Under the pieces are notes generated by a model. It worked only from the letters and a program-made list of their open reading frames with translations, ran no database searches and was not told where the DNA came from. From NCBI GenBank assembly GCA_049319825.1, contig JBMORT010000001.1, positions 1 through 32,129 on the forward strand: a stretch of 32,129 bases of DNA, in the 5' to 3' direction. This stretch comes from Patescibacteria group bacterium (lineage in GTDB: Bacteria > Patescibacteriota > Patescibacteriia > UBA11705 > DATKZF01). Shown piece after piece: positions 8,621 to 17,852 of this stretch (position 1 is the first letter of the stretch; the number at the start of each line of letters is the position of its first letter). The position numbers and the translations under genes are program-made.

Positions 8621-10000
8621 CTATCTTAACCTTGAATCTAAATAATCCGCCAATGCATCTATCTTCACTCTCTCCTGCTTCATCGAATCTCGATCGCGCA
8701 CCGTCACGTCATCATTGTCCAAAGAATCAAAATCAACGGTGACGCAAAAAGGCGTGCCGATTTCATCCTGGCGGCGATAACGTTTGCCGATATTGCCATT
8801 GTCATCGAACTCGCATTGCCAATTTTTTCTCAAGTCGTTATACACTTCTCGGGCTTTTTCAATAAGCTTCGGTTTGTTTTTTAAGAGCGGGAACACCGCC
8901 ACCTTGATCGGCGCGATTGACGCCGGGAATTTCATTACCACTCTTTCGCCGTCTTCCACTTTCTCTTCATTATACGCGGCAAGCAATGCCACTAAAATAC
9001 TGCGCTCAAGCCCGAAAGTCGGCTCGATGACGTGCGGAATATACTTTTCTCTAGTCTCTGGATCAGTGTATTCCAATTTCTGCTTAGTCGCTTTGGCGTG
9101 GCTCGACAAATCGAAATCAGAGCGATGCGCCAGCCCAAAAAGTTCCTTAAAACCGAACGGAAAATTATACTCAATATCCACTGTCTTTTTTGAATAAAAA
9201 GACAGCTTTTCTTTGGGATGCTCGCGGCGGCGCAAATCTTTTTTATCGACGCCGAGCATGATGGCGAATTCTTCCTGCTGATCAAGCCATTTGTCAAAAA
9301 TCAGCTGCCACTTGGCCTTTGGAGAGATGAAATATTCTATTTCCATTTGCTCGAATTCGCGCAATCTAAAAATAAAATTGCCGGCCACGATTTCATTTCG
9401 AAAGGCCTTGCCGATCTGGGCGATGCCGAAAGGAATTTTGACTCTCGACGAATCGAGCACGTTTTTGAAATCAATAAAAATCGCGCCCGCTGTTTCCGGC
9501 CGCAAGTAAACGACGCTTTCCGTCCCATCGCTGACATTATTCATTTCAGTCTTAAACATCATGTTGAACGTGCGCACATCGGTCCAGTCCGACTTGCCGC
9601 AGACCGGGCATTTGATTTTTTCTTGACGCAAAACTTCAGTCATCTTTTCGATACTGCCTTCAAGATCAAGGCTGGTCGCTTCTTCGATAATATGATCGGC
9701 CCGAAAGCGGCGCTTGCATTTTTTGCAATCAACCAAGGCGTCATTAAAGCCCTTGGTATGGCCGGATGCTTCCCACAGCTTGGGATGCAATAAAATCGGG
9801 CCGTCGATGCCGACCATGTCATCGCGATCGCGAACGAACATTTTCCACCACAATTGCTTAATGTTGTTTTTTAACTCAACCCCATAGGGGCCGTAGCTGT
9901 ACGTGCCGCCCAGGCCGCCGTAAATTTCCGAGCCCGGATAAACAAATCCGCGGCGTTTGCACAAACTGACTAATTTTTCCATTTGATCCATATTTTTCAT
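8621..10000 (-). CDS. glyQS: Glycine--tRNA ligase, homodimeric type
   Basis: LRPETA, FRNEI, REFEQME, IEPTFG and IGKRYRRQDEIGTP; start moved to 10000 because MLHDTCY is repeat-derived. Confidence 0.95.
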   Translation of the reverse strand: MKNMDQMEKLVSLCKRRGFVYPGSEIYGGLGGTYSYGPYGVELKNNIKQLWWKMFVRDRDDMVGIDGPILLHPKLWEASGHTKGFNDALVDCKKCKRRFRADHIIEEATSLDLEGSIEKMTEVLRQEKIKCPVCGKSDWTDVRTFNMMFKTEMNNVSDGTESVVYLRPETAGAIFIDFKNVLDSSRVKIPFGIAQIGKAFRNEIVAGNFIFRLREFEQMEIEYFISPKAKWQLIFDKWLDQQEEFAIMLGVDKKDLRRREHPKEKLSFYSKKTVDIEYNFPFGFKELFGLAHRSDFDLSSHAKATKQKLEYTDPETREKYIPHVIEPTFGLERSILVALLAAYNEEKVEDGERVVMKFPASIAPIKVAVFPLLKNKPKLIEKAREVYNDLRKNWQCEFDDNGNIGKRYRRQDEIGTPFCVTVDFDSLDNDDVTVRDRDSMKQERVKIDALADYLDSRLR

Positions 10001-10445
10001 GTAGCATGTATCATGTAACATGTATCAATCATTATTAATATCTATTGAATCTATTGTTTTCCATAACATTGCTCCTATCTCGTCAGCTAGTTTAACTGCA
10101 TGTCCATAATCCTCTTCTGTAATATTAAAACCTTCTTTTTTTGAAAATTCCAATAAATATTCTGACTCCTTGAGTGAGGCGTATGAAATTCTATGAAAAT
10201 TCTTCATCATTTTATTTCCGAGACGTGCATAACCTTCAATATAATTCAGCACAACAGATAAAGCCGCTCTTCGGAGTTGACTTATTATGCCATACAACTC
10301 TTCTCGGGGGAAATTTCTCGTAATTTTATATATTAAATGGACATAAATATCCATTTTTTCTTTTAATTTCTCATGAAATAACTTTTCTCCTTCCATATTG
10401 TTACATGTTACATGCTACATGTTACATGTTACATGACACATGACT
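9998..10445. mobile_element. Four-helix-bundle gene cassette bounded by inverted heptamer arrays
   Basis: (CATGTAN)x4 at 9998-10025; CATGTTA/CATGCTA array at 10398-10445 is its reverse complement. Confidence 0.7.
10025..10396 (-). CDS. Four helix bundle protein (23S rRNA IVS protein / Avd-like family)
   Basis: FPREELYGIISQLRRAALSVVLNYIEG and ISYASLKE signature. Confidence 0.92.
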   Translation of the reverse strand: MEGEKLFHEKLKEKMDIYVHLIYKITRNFPREELYGIISQLRRAALSVVLNYIEGYARLGNKMMKNFHRISYASLKESEYLLEFSKKEGFNITEEDYGHAVKLADEIGAMLWKTIDSIDINND

Positions 10446-10998
10446 AGATCGTCATTATCTCCTTGCTTTTCTTTTCGGCTAGTTCGTCCAATTCCTTGTT
10501 AAGGCTTTCAATGTGCTTATCCAGTCCATCACGGTAATCATAACGATCGTCTTCGGTTATATCTGAATTTTTAAAAGCTTTTTCTATGTCTTCTTTAACT
10601 TTGTCTCTGATCTGCCGCACGCTGACTTTCGCCTCTTCCAGCTTTTCAGCTATCATTTTCGTGAATTTGGCGCGAGATTCCTCGGTCAACTGAGGGAACG
10701 TCGCTCTGACGCACTGATCATCCACCGATGTCGACGCGCCGATTTCCAGCTTGCTTAAGGCCGTTTCGATCGGCTTGAGCAGACTTTTATCCCATGGTTC
10801 AATCCTCAGCACCCGAGCTTCGGGCACGGTTACCGTGGCCAGCTGCTTGAGCGGGGTTGGAGTGCCATACGCTTCGACAAAAACACCCTCCACCAAAGCG
10901 GGGTTGGCTCGGCCGGTGCGCACCTTAGATAATTCGTTTTGAAAAAACTCTTTAGCTTTGTCAAATTCCTCCTGATGATTTTTTATAAATTCGTTCAT
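10444..10998 (-). CDS. frr: Ribosome recycling factor
   Basis: RTGRANPALVE, TPLKQLA, LTEE.R and EIMTI motifs. Confidence 0.96.
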   Translation of the reverse strand: MNEFIKNHQEEFDKAKEFFQNELSKVRTGRANPALVEGVFVEAYGTPTPLKQLATVTVPEARVLRIEPWDKSLLKPIETALSKLEIGASTSVDDQCVRATFPQLTEESRAKFTKMIAEKLEEAKVSVRQIRDKVKEDIEKAFKNSDITEDDRYDYRDGLDKHIESLNKELDELAEKKSKEIMTI

Positions 10999-11048
10999 AT
11001 ATTTTCATTTATATTCGACTCAATTAACCGCCGCCGATTGCCCAAATA

Positions 11049-12116
11049 TTATTCTTCGTACAATCTGACTCCCAAATATACCACATTGCCGTCATCCGGA
11101 TGCACGGCCATGGCCCTTCCGGTGCGCGTTGTTGGCAACCGCCAAGTGCTCCAGGTGGCGCCGGCATCGACCGATCGATAAACATTGGTAGGGGTGGCGT
11201 AATAAATTTCATTGCCGTTTTTTGGGTTGATGGCCATTGAATAAATGTCCGTTTTCGCCGGGACAGTTATCAGCTTAACTTCTTCCCAGGAAACGCCCTT
11301 ATCCTTGGAACGCAATATGCCGAATCCGGTCGCGTAATACAATTCTCCGCTTTTAGCGTCTTGCGCCACTTCGATCGCGCGGGCCGAATCTTTAAAATCC
11401 GCCATCGCCTCCTTAGTGCTCTCAAAATTTCCGGCGGCGTCGCGGCTGATAGACAAATAATTTTTCTCGGTGCCGATGTAAATGATTCTCGAATCGTCTT
11501 TGTCGAATGTAATGTTATTCACCCGGCTGGAAAAATTCTTCACCCGCTCCCAATTTTTGCCGGAATCGACGCTTTTAAGCAGATCGCCGGTATCCAACCC
11601 CACATAGACGATGTTGGTGTTATAGTAATCGACGCCTACGGCCGTCACCAATTGAGGCAGCGGGACTTTATAGGTCTCTTCCCAAAAACGTCCGCAAGTT
11701 GTCGTTTTCATCAATCGAGTATTGACGCCGACATAAACAGTGCAAGGCGCTTTCGGATCAATGCCGATACCGCGGATGAATCCGCTGTTGATCGTCTCGT
11801 CGGCGATCCAGCCTTTGCCGTTATTATTGGAATAAAACAAACCATTTTCGGCCGTGCCCATGTATAGATAGCGCGAATCCGTCGGATCGAATTTAAATTC
11901 CACCACATTAACGTCTCCGGTGTCGCCAATCAGGCCGGGAATGGAGCCCGGGGTCATCAGATCAACTTTTCTGACCCAGGTTTCACCTTTATCTCCAGAC
12001 ACGAATACCCCGCCCTGAACGCTGGGTTCGGCGGTTTTCTGCCCGATTTTAATGCAGCCCGATAAACTGATGGTAGCCGTTAAAATGACCGCGGCAAATA
12101 AAACTTTTTTTATCAT
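11049..12116 (-). CDS. BNR/Asp-box beta-propeller lipoprotein
   Basis: Lipobox LSGC after a hydrophobic signal; repeated S.D.G..W boxes. Confidence 0.85.
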   Translation of the reverse strand: MIKKVLFAAVILTATISLSGCIKIGQKTAEPSVQGGVFVSGDKGETWVRKVDLMTPGSIPGLIGDTGDVNVVEFKFDPTDSRYLYMGTAENGLFYSNNNGKGWIADETINSGFIRGIGIDPKAPCTVYVGVNTRLMKTTTCGRFWEETYKVPLPQLVTAVGVDYYNTNIVYVGLDTGDLLKSVDSGKNWERVKNFSSRVNNITFDKDDSRIIYIGTEKNYLSISRDAAGNFESTKEAMADFKDSARAIEVAQDAKSGELYYATGFGILRSKDKGVSWEEVKLITVPAKTDIYSMAINPKNGNEIYYATPTNVYRSVDAGATWSTWRLPTTRTGRAMAVHPDDGNVVYLGVRLYEE

Positions 12117-12120
12117 AGGT

Positions 12121-13146
12121 TCAAATCGTTAGAAAAAAATTTTCCAACATTAATTTTATGTTTATGTTTTTATTAACGTTCAATTTCAATTTTTCCAACC
12201 GGGCGATCAATTCCCTGATCTGTGATACGCGATATTTGCCGGCCAGCGTCCGCAAATTCGCTTCCGCGAACCGATTGGATATTTCACTGTCATTTTCAGT
12301 GAGCACCAACAGCACATCTCGAAGCAATCCCTGCCATTCGGTGGCGTTATCGATTATTTGCTCTTTATTTTTCTCGCTGGCCGAGGCGGCGAATATAAAT
12401 CGATCAGCCAGCCCGGAATCGAGCGATTCCAGAAACCTGATCTGGGAATCTCTTAAGCTGGCAAAATCATCCGGGTGAGAAAAAAGCTTCATCGCGCGGG
12501 TCGGCCGGCCAAAAGCCAATTTGGAAAAATCTTTAGCTTGATCGCGATTGGCCGAATGTCCCAGCAAATAATCGTAAATGTCATGGCGGCCGATAAGATT
12601 AAAATTGATAATCTGGCAGCGGGAAGCGATCGTGTCAAGCAGACTTTTCCGGCTGTCGGCGATCAAGAACAACACCGTTTTTCTGGCCGGTTCCTCCAAT
12701 GTTTTAAGCAGGCTGTTTTGGGCTTCCGCTGTCAAAAAATCCGCTCGCGGCGCGATAACCACTTTATATGAATTCAAAAACGCGTGCTTACTGATCCGGC
12801 TTTGCAGCCCCCTGACCTGCTTGACGGAAATTTGATTTTTCAGTTCGTCGAATCCTTCTTTTTTTTCAAGTTCCAGAAAATAAACATCCGGATGAATGCC
12901 TTTTTCGAACTGCTGGCAATGAGCGCATTCGCCGCAAGGTACTTTTAACGAATTTCCGCTCCGGCTGGAAAAATTATGGCAAAGCAACGATTCGGCCATC
13001 AATTTGGCCGTCTTGGTCTTGCCGATATTTTCCGGGCCCAGAAACAAATACGCGTGAGAAAAGGCTTCATTGGCCAAGCTCTTTTGTAAAAATGTTTTTA
13101 TTCTTTCCTGCCCCAAAATTGGCCAGTCGAATTCAATATCTTTCAT
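12121..13146 (-). CDS. holB: DNA polymerase III delta' subunit
   Basis: HAYLFLGPENIGK, CGECAHC, HPD, NSLLKTLEEP and TIASRC. Confidence 0.9.
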   Translation of the reverse strand: MKDIEFDWPILGQERIKTFLQKSLANEAFSHAYLFLGPENIGKTKTAKLMAESLLCHNFSSRSGNSLKVPCGECAHCQQFEKGIHPDVYFLELEKKEGFDELKNQISVKQVRGLQSRISKHAFLNSYKVVIAPRADFLTAEAQNSLLKTLEEPARKTVLFLIADSRKSLLDTIASRCQIINFNLIGRHDIYDYLLGHSANRDQAKDFSKLAFGRPTRAMKLFSHPDDFASLRDSQIRFLESLDSGLADRFIFAASASEKNKEQIIDNATEWQGLLRDVLLVLTENDSEISNRFAEANLRTLAGKYRVSQIRELIARLEKLKLNVNKNINIKLMLENFFLTI

Positions 13147-13211
13147 AAATTATTATAACATAATATCACGGAGCATGGAACACGGAGCACATAACATTCT
13201 TAAAAAACCAT

Positions 13212-13282
13212 GGTTTCGAGGGAACTCCGGTTCCCGAGAGTTTCCCTTCTCGGTTTCGAGGGAACTCCAGTTCCCGAGAGTT
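13212..13282. repeat. Two direct copies of a 31-nt hairpin unit GGTTTCGAGGGAACTCC(G/A)GTTCCCGAGAGTT
   Basis: 13212-13242 and 13252-13282 differ by one base; internal GGGAAC/GTTCCC stem; heptamers CACGGAG/CATGGAA adjacent at about 13167-13194. Confidence 0.8.
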
Positions 13283-14465
13283 AACTTAAAATCACCTCCA
13301 ATGATTCCCGCGCGCACTTCTCCCACGAAAATCGCTTCGCGTTCTCCAATCCTTTCTCAATCAGGTCTCTCCGCAAAATTTCATCAGACACGATTTTTCC
13401 CATTGCTTCAACCATTTGATCTTTGCTTTTCGGATCAACCAAAATTGCCCCTTTCCCAACCACTTCCGGTAAACTAGTTGTATTTGAACAAACAACAGGG
13501 ACGCCGCAGGCCATGGCTTCGATCACCGGTATGCCGAACCCTTCATACAAGCTGGGGAATATTAAGGCTTTTGCTCCGGCCAGTAGCTTTGATAAATCGT
13601 CTGAATCAACCCAGCCGGGAAAAATCACTTCATTTTCCAGCCCAAACCTTCCGATGTTATTTTCCACTCTGTCAAAACCATGCCCCCGCCGGCCGACCAA
13701 AACCAATTTATATTCAGGAAATTTCTTTTTAAATTGCGCAAAACACTCGACCAAAAACGGCGTATTTTTCTTCTCCTCCAATCTGCCGACAAAAATCAAA
13801 TATGGATTTTTTAAATTGTACTTTGATTTCACGGAATCAATTTCCGCTAATTCATGAGGCCGATATTTTTCATCATCGTATCCATTATAAACAACATGTA
13901 TTTTTTCGGGCTTTATTTTAAAAACATCAATCAATTCTTTTTTGGAAAACTCGCTGATGGTGATAATTTTCGACGCCGCGCGCTTGGCGAATCTGATCGC
14001 CCATTGGTGGTAGACGATATCGTACCAGGGATAAATTTCCGGAAACCGCTCGAAGCCGATATCATGGATGGTGACAATCGTGTTTTTCGGATGAATCAAG
14101 GGAATGACATGCGCTGATACAAACAGCCGATCGATTGTTTTTCCCTTTCCTCTTCCGGCATCTTGTAATATCTTGTATACGGATCTTGCCCACCCTGAAT
14201 CGCATCGAAGGGCACATCTCGTAACTAACATTTCCCAGGACAGACGAAACTGAGTCCACAGCCGGCCCGGCGGCCAGCGCAGAATCTTTTCTTCAAAGTT
14301 CGGCGGGCAATTCTCGAGCCCGCTTTTTAACGGCGCGTTTGTATATAAAAAATAGTGGTTTTTATTGTCTATTTTTTTAAACCACTGGATTAAATGATAC
14401 GAGTACCATTCTGTTCCTGTCTTTATGGGCTTGTTGGCGCGGGAAGCGTCGATGCCGATTCGCAT
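13281..14465 (-). CDS. Glycosyltransferase family 4 with an in-frame repeat insertion
   Basis: FVGRLEEKKN and FPSLYEGFGIPVIEAMACG motifs; foreign peptide VTRCALRCDSGWARSVYKILQD. Confidence 0.92.
   Translation of the reverse strand: MRIGIDASRANKPIKTGTEWYSYHLIQWFKKIDNKNHYFLYTNAPLKSGLENCPPNFEEKILRWPPGRLWTQFRLSWEMLVTRCALRCDSGWARSVYKILQDAGRGKGKTIDRLFVSAHVIPLIHPKNTIVTIHDIGFERFPEIYPWYDIVYHQWAIRFAKRAASKIITISEFSKKELIDVFKIKPEKIHVVYNGYDDEKYRPHELAEIDSVKSKYNLKNPYLIFVGRLEEKKNTPFLVECFAQFKKKFPEYKLVLVGRRGHGFDRVENNIGRFGLENEVIFPGWVDSDDLSKLLAGAKALIFPSLYEGFGIPVIEAMACGVPVVCSNTTSLPEVVGKGAILVDPKSKDQMVEAMGKIVSDEILRRDLIEKGLENAKRFSWEKCARESLEVILS
14160..14226. mobile_element. Solo arm of the GxxExxY-cassette repeat with nested 24-nt hairpin, inside a CDS
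   Basis: atcttgtaatatcttgtatacggatcttg[cccaccctgaatcgcatcgaaggg]cacatctcgtaact aligns to 7514-7556. Confidence 0.8.
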
Positions 14466-14607
14466 AAATCCTAAATTCTAATATCTAAATTCTAAACAAA
14501 TTCTAATATCTAAATTCTAAATTCCAAACTGCGAATATAATTGTTTGGGACATTGGAACATTTGAATTTAGATATTGTTTAGGATTTAGAATTTAGGGTT
14601 TATAATT
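14466..14607. repeat. Inverted heptamer array (AAATTCT/AATATCT vs TTTAGAA/TTTAGGA), no gene inside
   Basis: About 9 units at 14466-14529 and complementary units at 14543-14607. Confidence 0.75.
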
Positions 14608-14614
14608 TTCTACT

Positions 14615-15622
14615 TTATCTGGTCGCCAAAATCGATCGCTTATACAAATCCAAATTATCCAAAGCCACTCCGGTGCCTTTGGCCACGCACAAAAGAGCGT
14701 CGTCAGCCACGTAAACGGGCACGCCGATCGCCTTAGACATCAGCCGGTCGATATTTCGAAGCAGGCTCGAACCGCCGCTCATGATAATGCCTTTGTCAAT
14801 GACGTCGGCCGATAGTTCCGGCGGAGTCATGTGCAGCACTTCCTTGGTTGAATTCACGATGCCATCGAGCTCTTTTTGCAGCGCCTCGGTGACGTCGTTT
14901 GAATTCATGATTATGGTCTTGGGCAATCCGGAAATCATGTCTCGGCCGCGCACCTCCATTGTCGGCGGGCCTTCCTGGTACATGGCCGAACCGATTTCAA
15001 TCTTAATGGCTTCCGCGGTTCGATCGCCGATGGCCAAATTATATTTTTTCCGAGTATATTCGGCAATGGCCTGATCGAATTTATTGCCGCCGATTCTCAC
15101 CGACTTCGAAGTGACGATGCCGCCGAGCGAAATAACGGCCACTTCGCTGGTGCCGCCGCCGATATCGATAATCATGTGCCCGGACGCGCTGCCAATGGGA
15201 ATATTGGCGCCGATCGCCGCGGCGATCGGTTCTTTGATAATATAAGCGGCCCGCGCGCCGGCGGTAATAGTGGCGTCGATAACCGCTCTTCTTTCGGTTG
15301 AGGTGATGCCCGCCGGCACGGCGACCATCACTTCCGGCCGAAAAATTTTTATGCCGCCCAACGCTTTATTGATGAAGTATCTGAGCATTGCTTCGGTTGT
15401 TCGGTAATCGGCGATCACGCCGTCTTTGAGCGGCCGACAAGCGACGATGGTATCCGGAGTGCGGCCGAGCATTTCTTTAGCTTCATCGCCAACAGCCAAT
15501 ATTTTTTTATCGGCCACCGATATGGCCACAACCGAGGGCTCGTTGATTACGATCCCCTTTTTTGGCAAATGGACCAAAGTGTAGGTGGTGCCTAAGTCAA
15601 TGCCGATTTTTTTTATAAACAT
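14615..15622 (-). CDS. mreB: Rod shape-determining protein MreB/Mbl
   Basis: GIDLGT, INEPSVVA, PLKDGVIAD, DIGGGT and PELSAD motifs. Confidence 0.95.
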   Translation of the reverse strand: MFIKKIGIDLGTTYTLVHLPKKGIVINEPSVVAISVADKKILAVGDEAKEMLGRTPDTIVACRPLKDGVIADYRTTEAMLRYFINKALGGIKIFRPEVMVAVPAGITSTERRAVIDATITAGARAAYIIKEPIAAAIGANIPIGSASGHMIIDIGGGTSEVAVISLGGIVTSKSVRIGGNKFDQAIAEYTRKKYNLAIGDRTAEAIKIEIGSAMYQEGPPTMEVRGRDMISGLPKTIIMNSNDVTEALQKELDGIVNSTKEVLHMTPPELSADVIDKGIIMSGGSSLLRNIDRLMSKAIGVPVYVADDALLCVAKGTGVALDNLDLYKRSILATR

Positions 15623-15657
15623 AATATTTCAACGCCAATATTCTAATGAATGCTAAA

Positions 15658-16164
15658 CTATTCCATTATCCGCTCCGCGCCCTGTCCGGCTCTTTCTTTT
15701 TTTATTTCCAGCAATCTGTCCAGCTTGATTTTTGATTCCTGCTCCAAAAAATATTTATTAATGCCCGGCAGTCGCGACAGCCAGCGCTTGATCAAATCCA
15801 AAATTCTTTTAGTGTTGACTTTCACTTGATGAAGCAGACCACTGATCTCCTTGGCCGTTCTGACGCCTTCTTCCTTGAATTGTTTTTGCTGTCCCGGCGT
15901 CATCGCCAAAAATAATTCTTTTATGTTTTCTTGCATGACGTCTCGCACCGCTTTTAATTCCAAATCAATCGCCGGCGGTTTTTCCGGCTGTTTCCGCGAG
16001 ACAGCTCCCGGTGTTGCGGCGGGCGCGGGCGCGGGCTTTTCAGCGGACGGAATTTTTTCCGGCGCTATCTTCGGTTCAATCATTTTCTGCTGATCCCCCG
16101 GACGTTCGATTGTAGCGCTTTCCGGTAAATTTTTTGTTTCTTGAGAGAGTGGTAAAGGGCTCAT
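15658..16164 (-). CDS. Hypothetical protein
   Basis: 168-aa ORF with Pro-rich N-terminus and LPGINKYFLEQESKIK C-terminal motif. Confidence 0.7.
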   Translation of the reverse strand: MSPLPLSQETKNLPESATIERPGDQQKMIEPKIAPEKIPSAEKPAPAPAATPGAVSRKQPEKPPAIDLELKAVRDVMQENIKELFLAMTPGQQKQFKEEGVRTAKEISGLLHQVKVNTKRILDLIKRWLSRLPGINKYFLEQESKIKLDRLLEIKKERAGQGAERIME

Positions 16165-16232
16165 AGAGGTTATTAAAGTTTAATATTTTTTACGAAATTA
16201 TGCAAATTGAAAAAATGGCTATTTATGACTAA

Positions 16233-16284
16233 ATTATAACATATTTTTCCCGCTCTTGACAAAATCATAAAAATTTTGTAAGGT
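16233..16284. promoter_or_regulatory. Overlapping divergent sigma70-type promoters
   Basis: Plus strand: TTGACA(16256)-N17-TAAGGT. Minus strand: TTGTCA-N18-TATAAT with TG extension (16233-16241). Confidence 0.55.
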
Positions 16285-16292
16285 ATGCGCAT

Positions 16293-16685
16293 ATGGGTAA
16301 GACAAGCAAAAAAATCATTATTTTCGCCATTTTAGCAGGGTTTTTATTGACTATGGCCACTCCTGTTTTAGCTCAATCGGACGTATTTTCAGAAATGACC
16401 GCAGGGTTGGAAACGGTCAATAACCATGCTGGTTTGCCTAAAACTAGCTTAAAACCGCTAGTCGGCACTATAATCAAGCAAGTTTTGTCCCTACTCGGCA
16501 TTTTTACTTTGATTATAGTTATGTATGGCGGATTCTTATGGATGGTTTCCGGCGGCAATGAAGATCGCAAAAAACAAGCGAAAGGCGTGTTCACTAACGG
16601 ATTAATCGGTTTAGTCATTATATTATTAGCCTATTCGATAGTGTCATACGTCTTTGACCTCTTCCAAACGGTCGGCCAGGAATAA
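16293..16685 (+). CDS. TrbC/VirB2-like pilin family membrane protein
   Basis: Signal peptide ending VLA-Q; YGGFLWMVSGGNED..KQAK..NGLIGLVIILLAY pattern. Confidence 0.8.
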   Translation: MGKTSKKIIIFAILAGFLLTMATPVLAQSDVFSEMTAGLETVNNHAGLPKTSLKPLVGTIIKQVLSLLGIFTLIIVMYGGFLWMVSGGNEDRKKQAKGVFTNGLIGLVIILLAYSIVSYVFDLFQTVGQE

Positions 16686-16693
16686 TTTCATAA

Positions 16694-16719
16694 AAAAATA
16701 CGGCATTCCCCGTATTTTT
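16694..16719 (+). terminator. Intrinsic terminator-like hairpin
   Basis: aaaaatacgg-cattc-c-ccgtattttt directly after the pilin stop. Confidence 0.65.
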
Positions 16720-16859
16720 GTTTTAAAAAATTTGGCGATATGGCAACGGTAGTGTTATAATATAAACGTCACTAATTTATAATTTCCGGATATTAAAATT
16801 TTAAATTGGATATTAAACGGAAATTTAAAAATTTTTAAAACAAATACCTCCTCACCTCT

Positions 16860-17795
16860 ATGGCTGATCATCAATATCCAACAGTGCGAAACCACCGCGG
16901 CCTGACCTGGATAAAAATAAAAAAACCGAGAAAGAAAGAAATACTTTTCCTTCAAAAAAAATTCGGGTTTTCCATGATGCACTTAAATGACTGCCTGCCG
17001 CCGCTCCAAAGCCCCAGACTGATCGGACATGAAAACTATCTTTTCATGATTTTAACTTTTCCGGTATATCAACCGAAAACGCACAAAATTATTCCGGTGG
17101 AGATTGACTTTTTCATCGGGAAAAATTATATAGTCACCTCTCAGGAAATCGATTTTTTCCCGCTGGACAACCTATTCAACGAATACAAAAAAATAAAAAA
17201 ATTGCCAGACGAGATGGGGACGGGTCCGGGCGTATTGCTCTACGAAATACTGGATAAATCAATGGAGAACGCCAGACCAATGGTGACGCACATCAATAAT
17301 GATATCGAAGAGCTCGAAGACCAAATATTTCAAAAAATTCCTCGGCAAAAAGTTATTCGTGAAATTCTAATGGTCAGAAGAAACATCGTTTCCTTTAGAA
17401 AATCAATTCAAAGCCACAAAACCATTATTCGAAAAATGCTTGATAAGGCCGATAATTCTTCGATATTCCCCACCAAACGATTGCGATCATACTTCGCCAA
17501 TCTGGTTGCCGATTTGAAAGAAATTTGGGATATCCTGGAAAACTACAGCGAGACGGTTAAAGCGCTTTTTGAAAGCAATGAATCTCTTTATTCGGATAGA
17601 TTAAATTCAATTATTAAAACTTTAACCATCTTTTCGGTGATTGTTTTTCCGCTGACGCTGATTGCCGCCATATTTGGCATGAATACGGAAATGCCGATTG
17701 TTGATTCACCCTATGCTTTTTACAAAATCCTCGGACTGATGGGCGCCGGCACATTGGTGATGCTGGCGATCTTTAAGAAAAAACGATGGATTTAA
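16860..17795 (+). CDS. corA: CorA family Mg2+ transporter
   Basis: PLTLIAAIFGMN signature and two C-terminal TM helices. Confidence 0.92.
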   Translation: MADHQYPTVRNHRGLTWIKIKKPRKKEILFLQKKFGFSMMHLNDCLPPLQSPRLIGHENYLFMILTFPVYQPKTHKIIPVEIDFFIGKNYIVTSQEIDFFPLDNLFNEYKKIKKLPDEMGTGPGVLLYEILDKSMENARPMVTHINNDIEELEDQIFQKIPRQKVIREILMVRRNIVSFRKSIQSHKTIIRKMLDKADNSSIFPTKRLRSYFANLVADLKEIWDILENYSETVKALFESNESLYSDRLNSIIKTLTIFSVIVFPLTLIAAIFGMNTEMPIVDSPYAFYKILGLMGAGTLVMLAIFKKKRWI

Positions 17796-17852
17796 TAAAA
17801 TGCCTGCTCCAATTTAGCGGACTTTAATTTAGCCGTTGAAAGTTGTTTGAAA

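Noticed and set aside
10001-10021. N-terminal extensions in the ORF track (GlyRS MLHDTCY; likewise NYN 23262-23312, Hsp20 26307-26417, HrcA 27628-27639)
   Set aside because: They are read-through of repeat arrays or CIRCE; better starts lie downstream
10025-10396. 23S rRNA intervening sequence or a true DGR avd gene
   Set aside because: No rRNA sequence around it and no adjacent TR/RT; only family-level similarity
13212-13282. Mini CRISPR array
   Set aside because: Only two units, a 9-nt spacer and no cas genes
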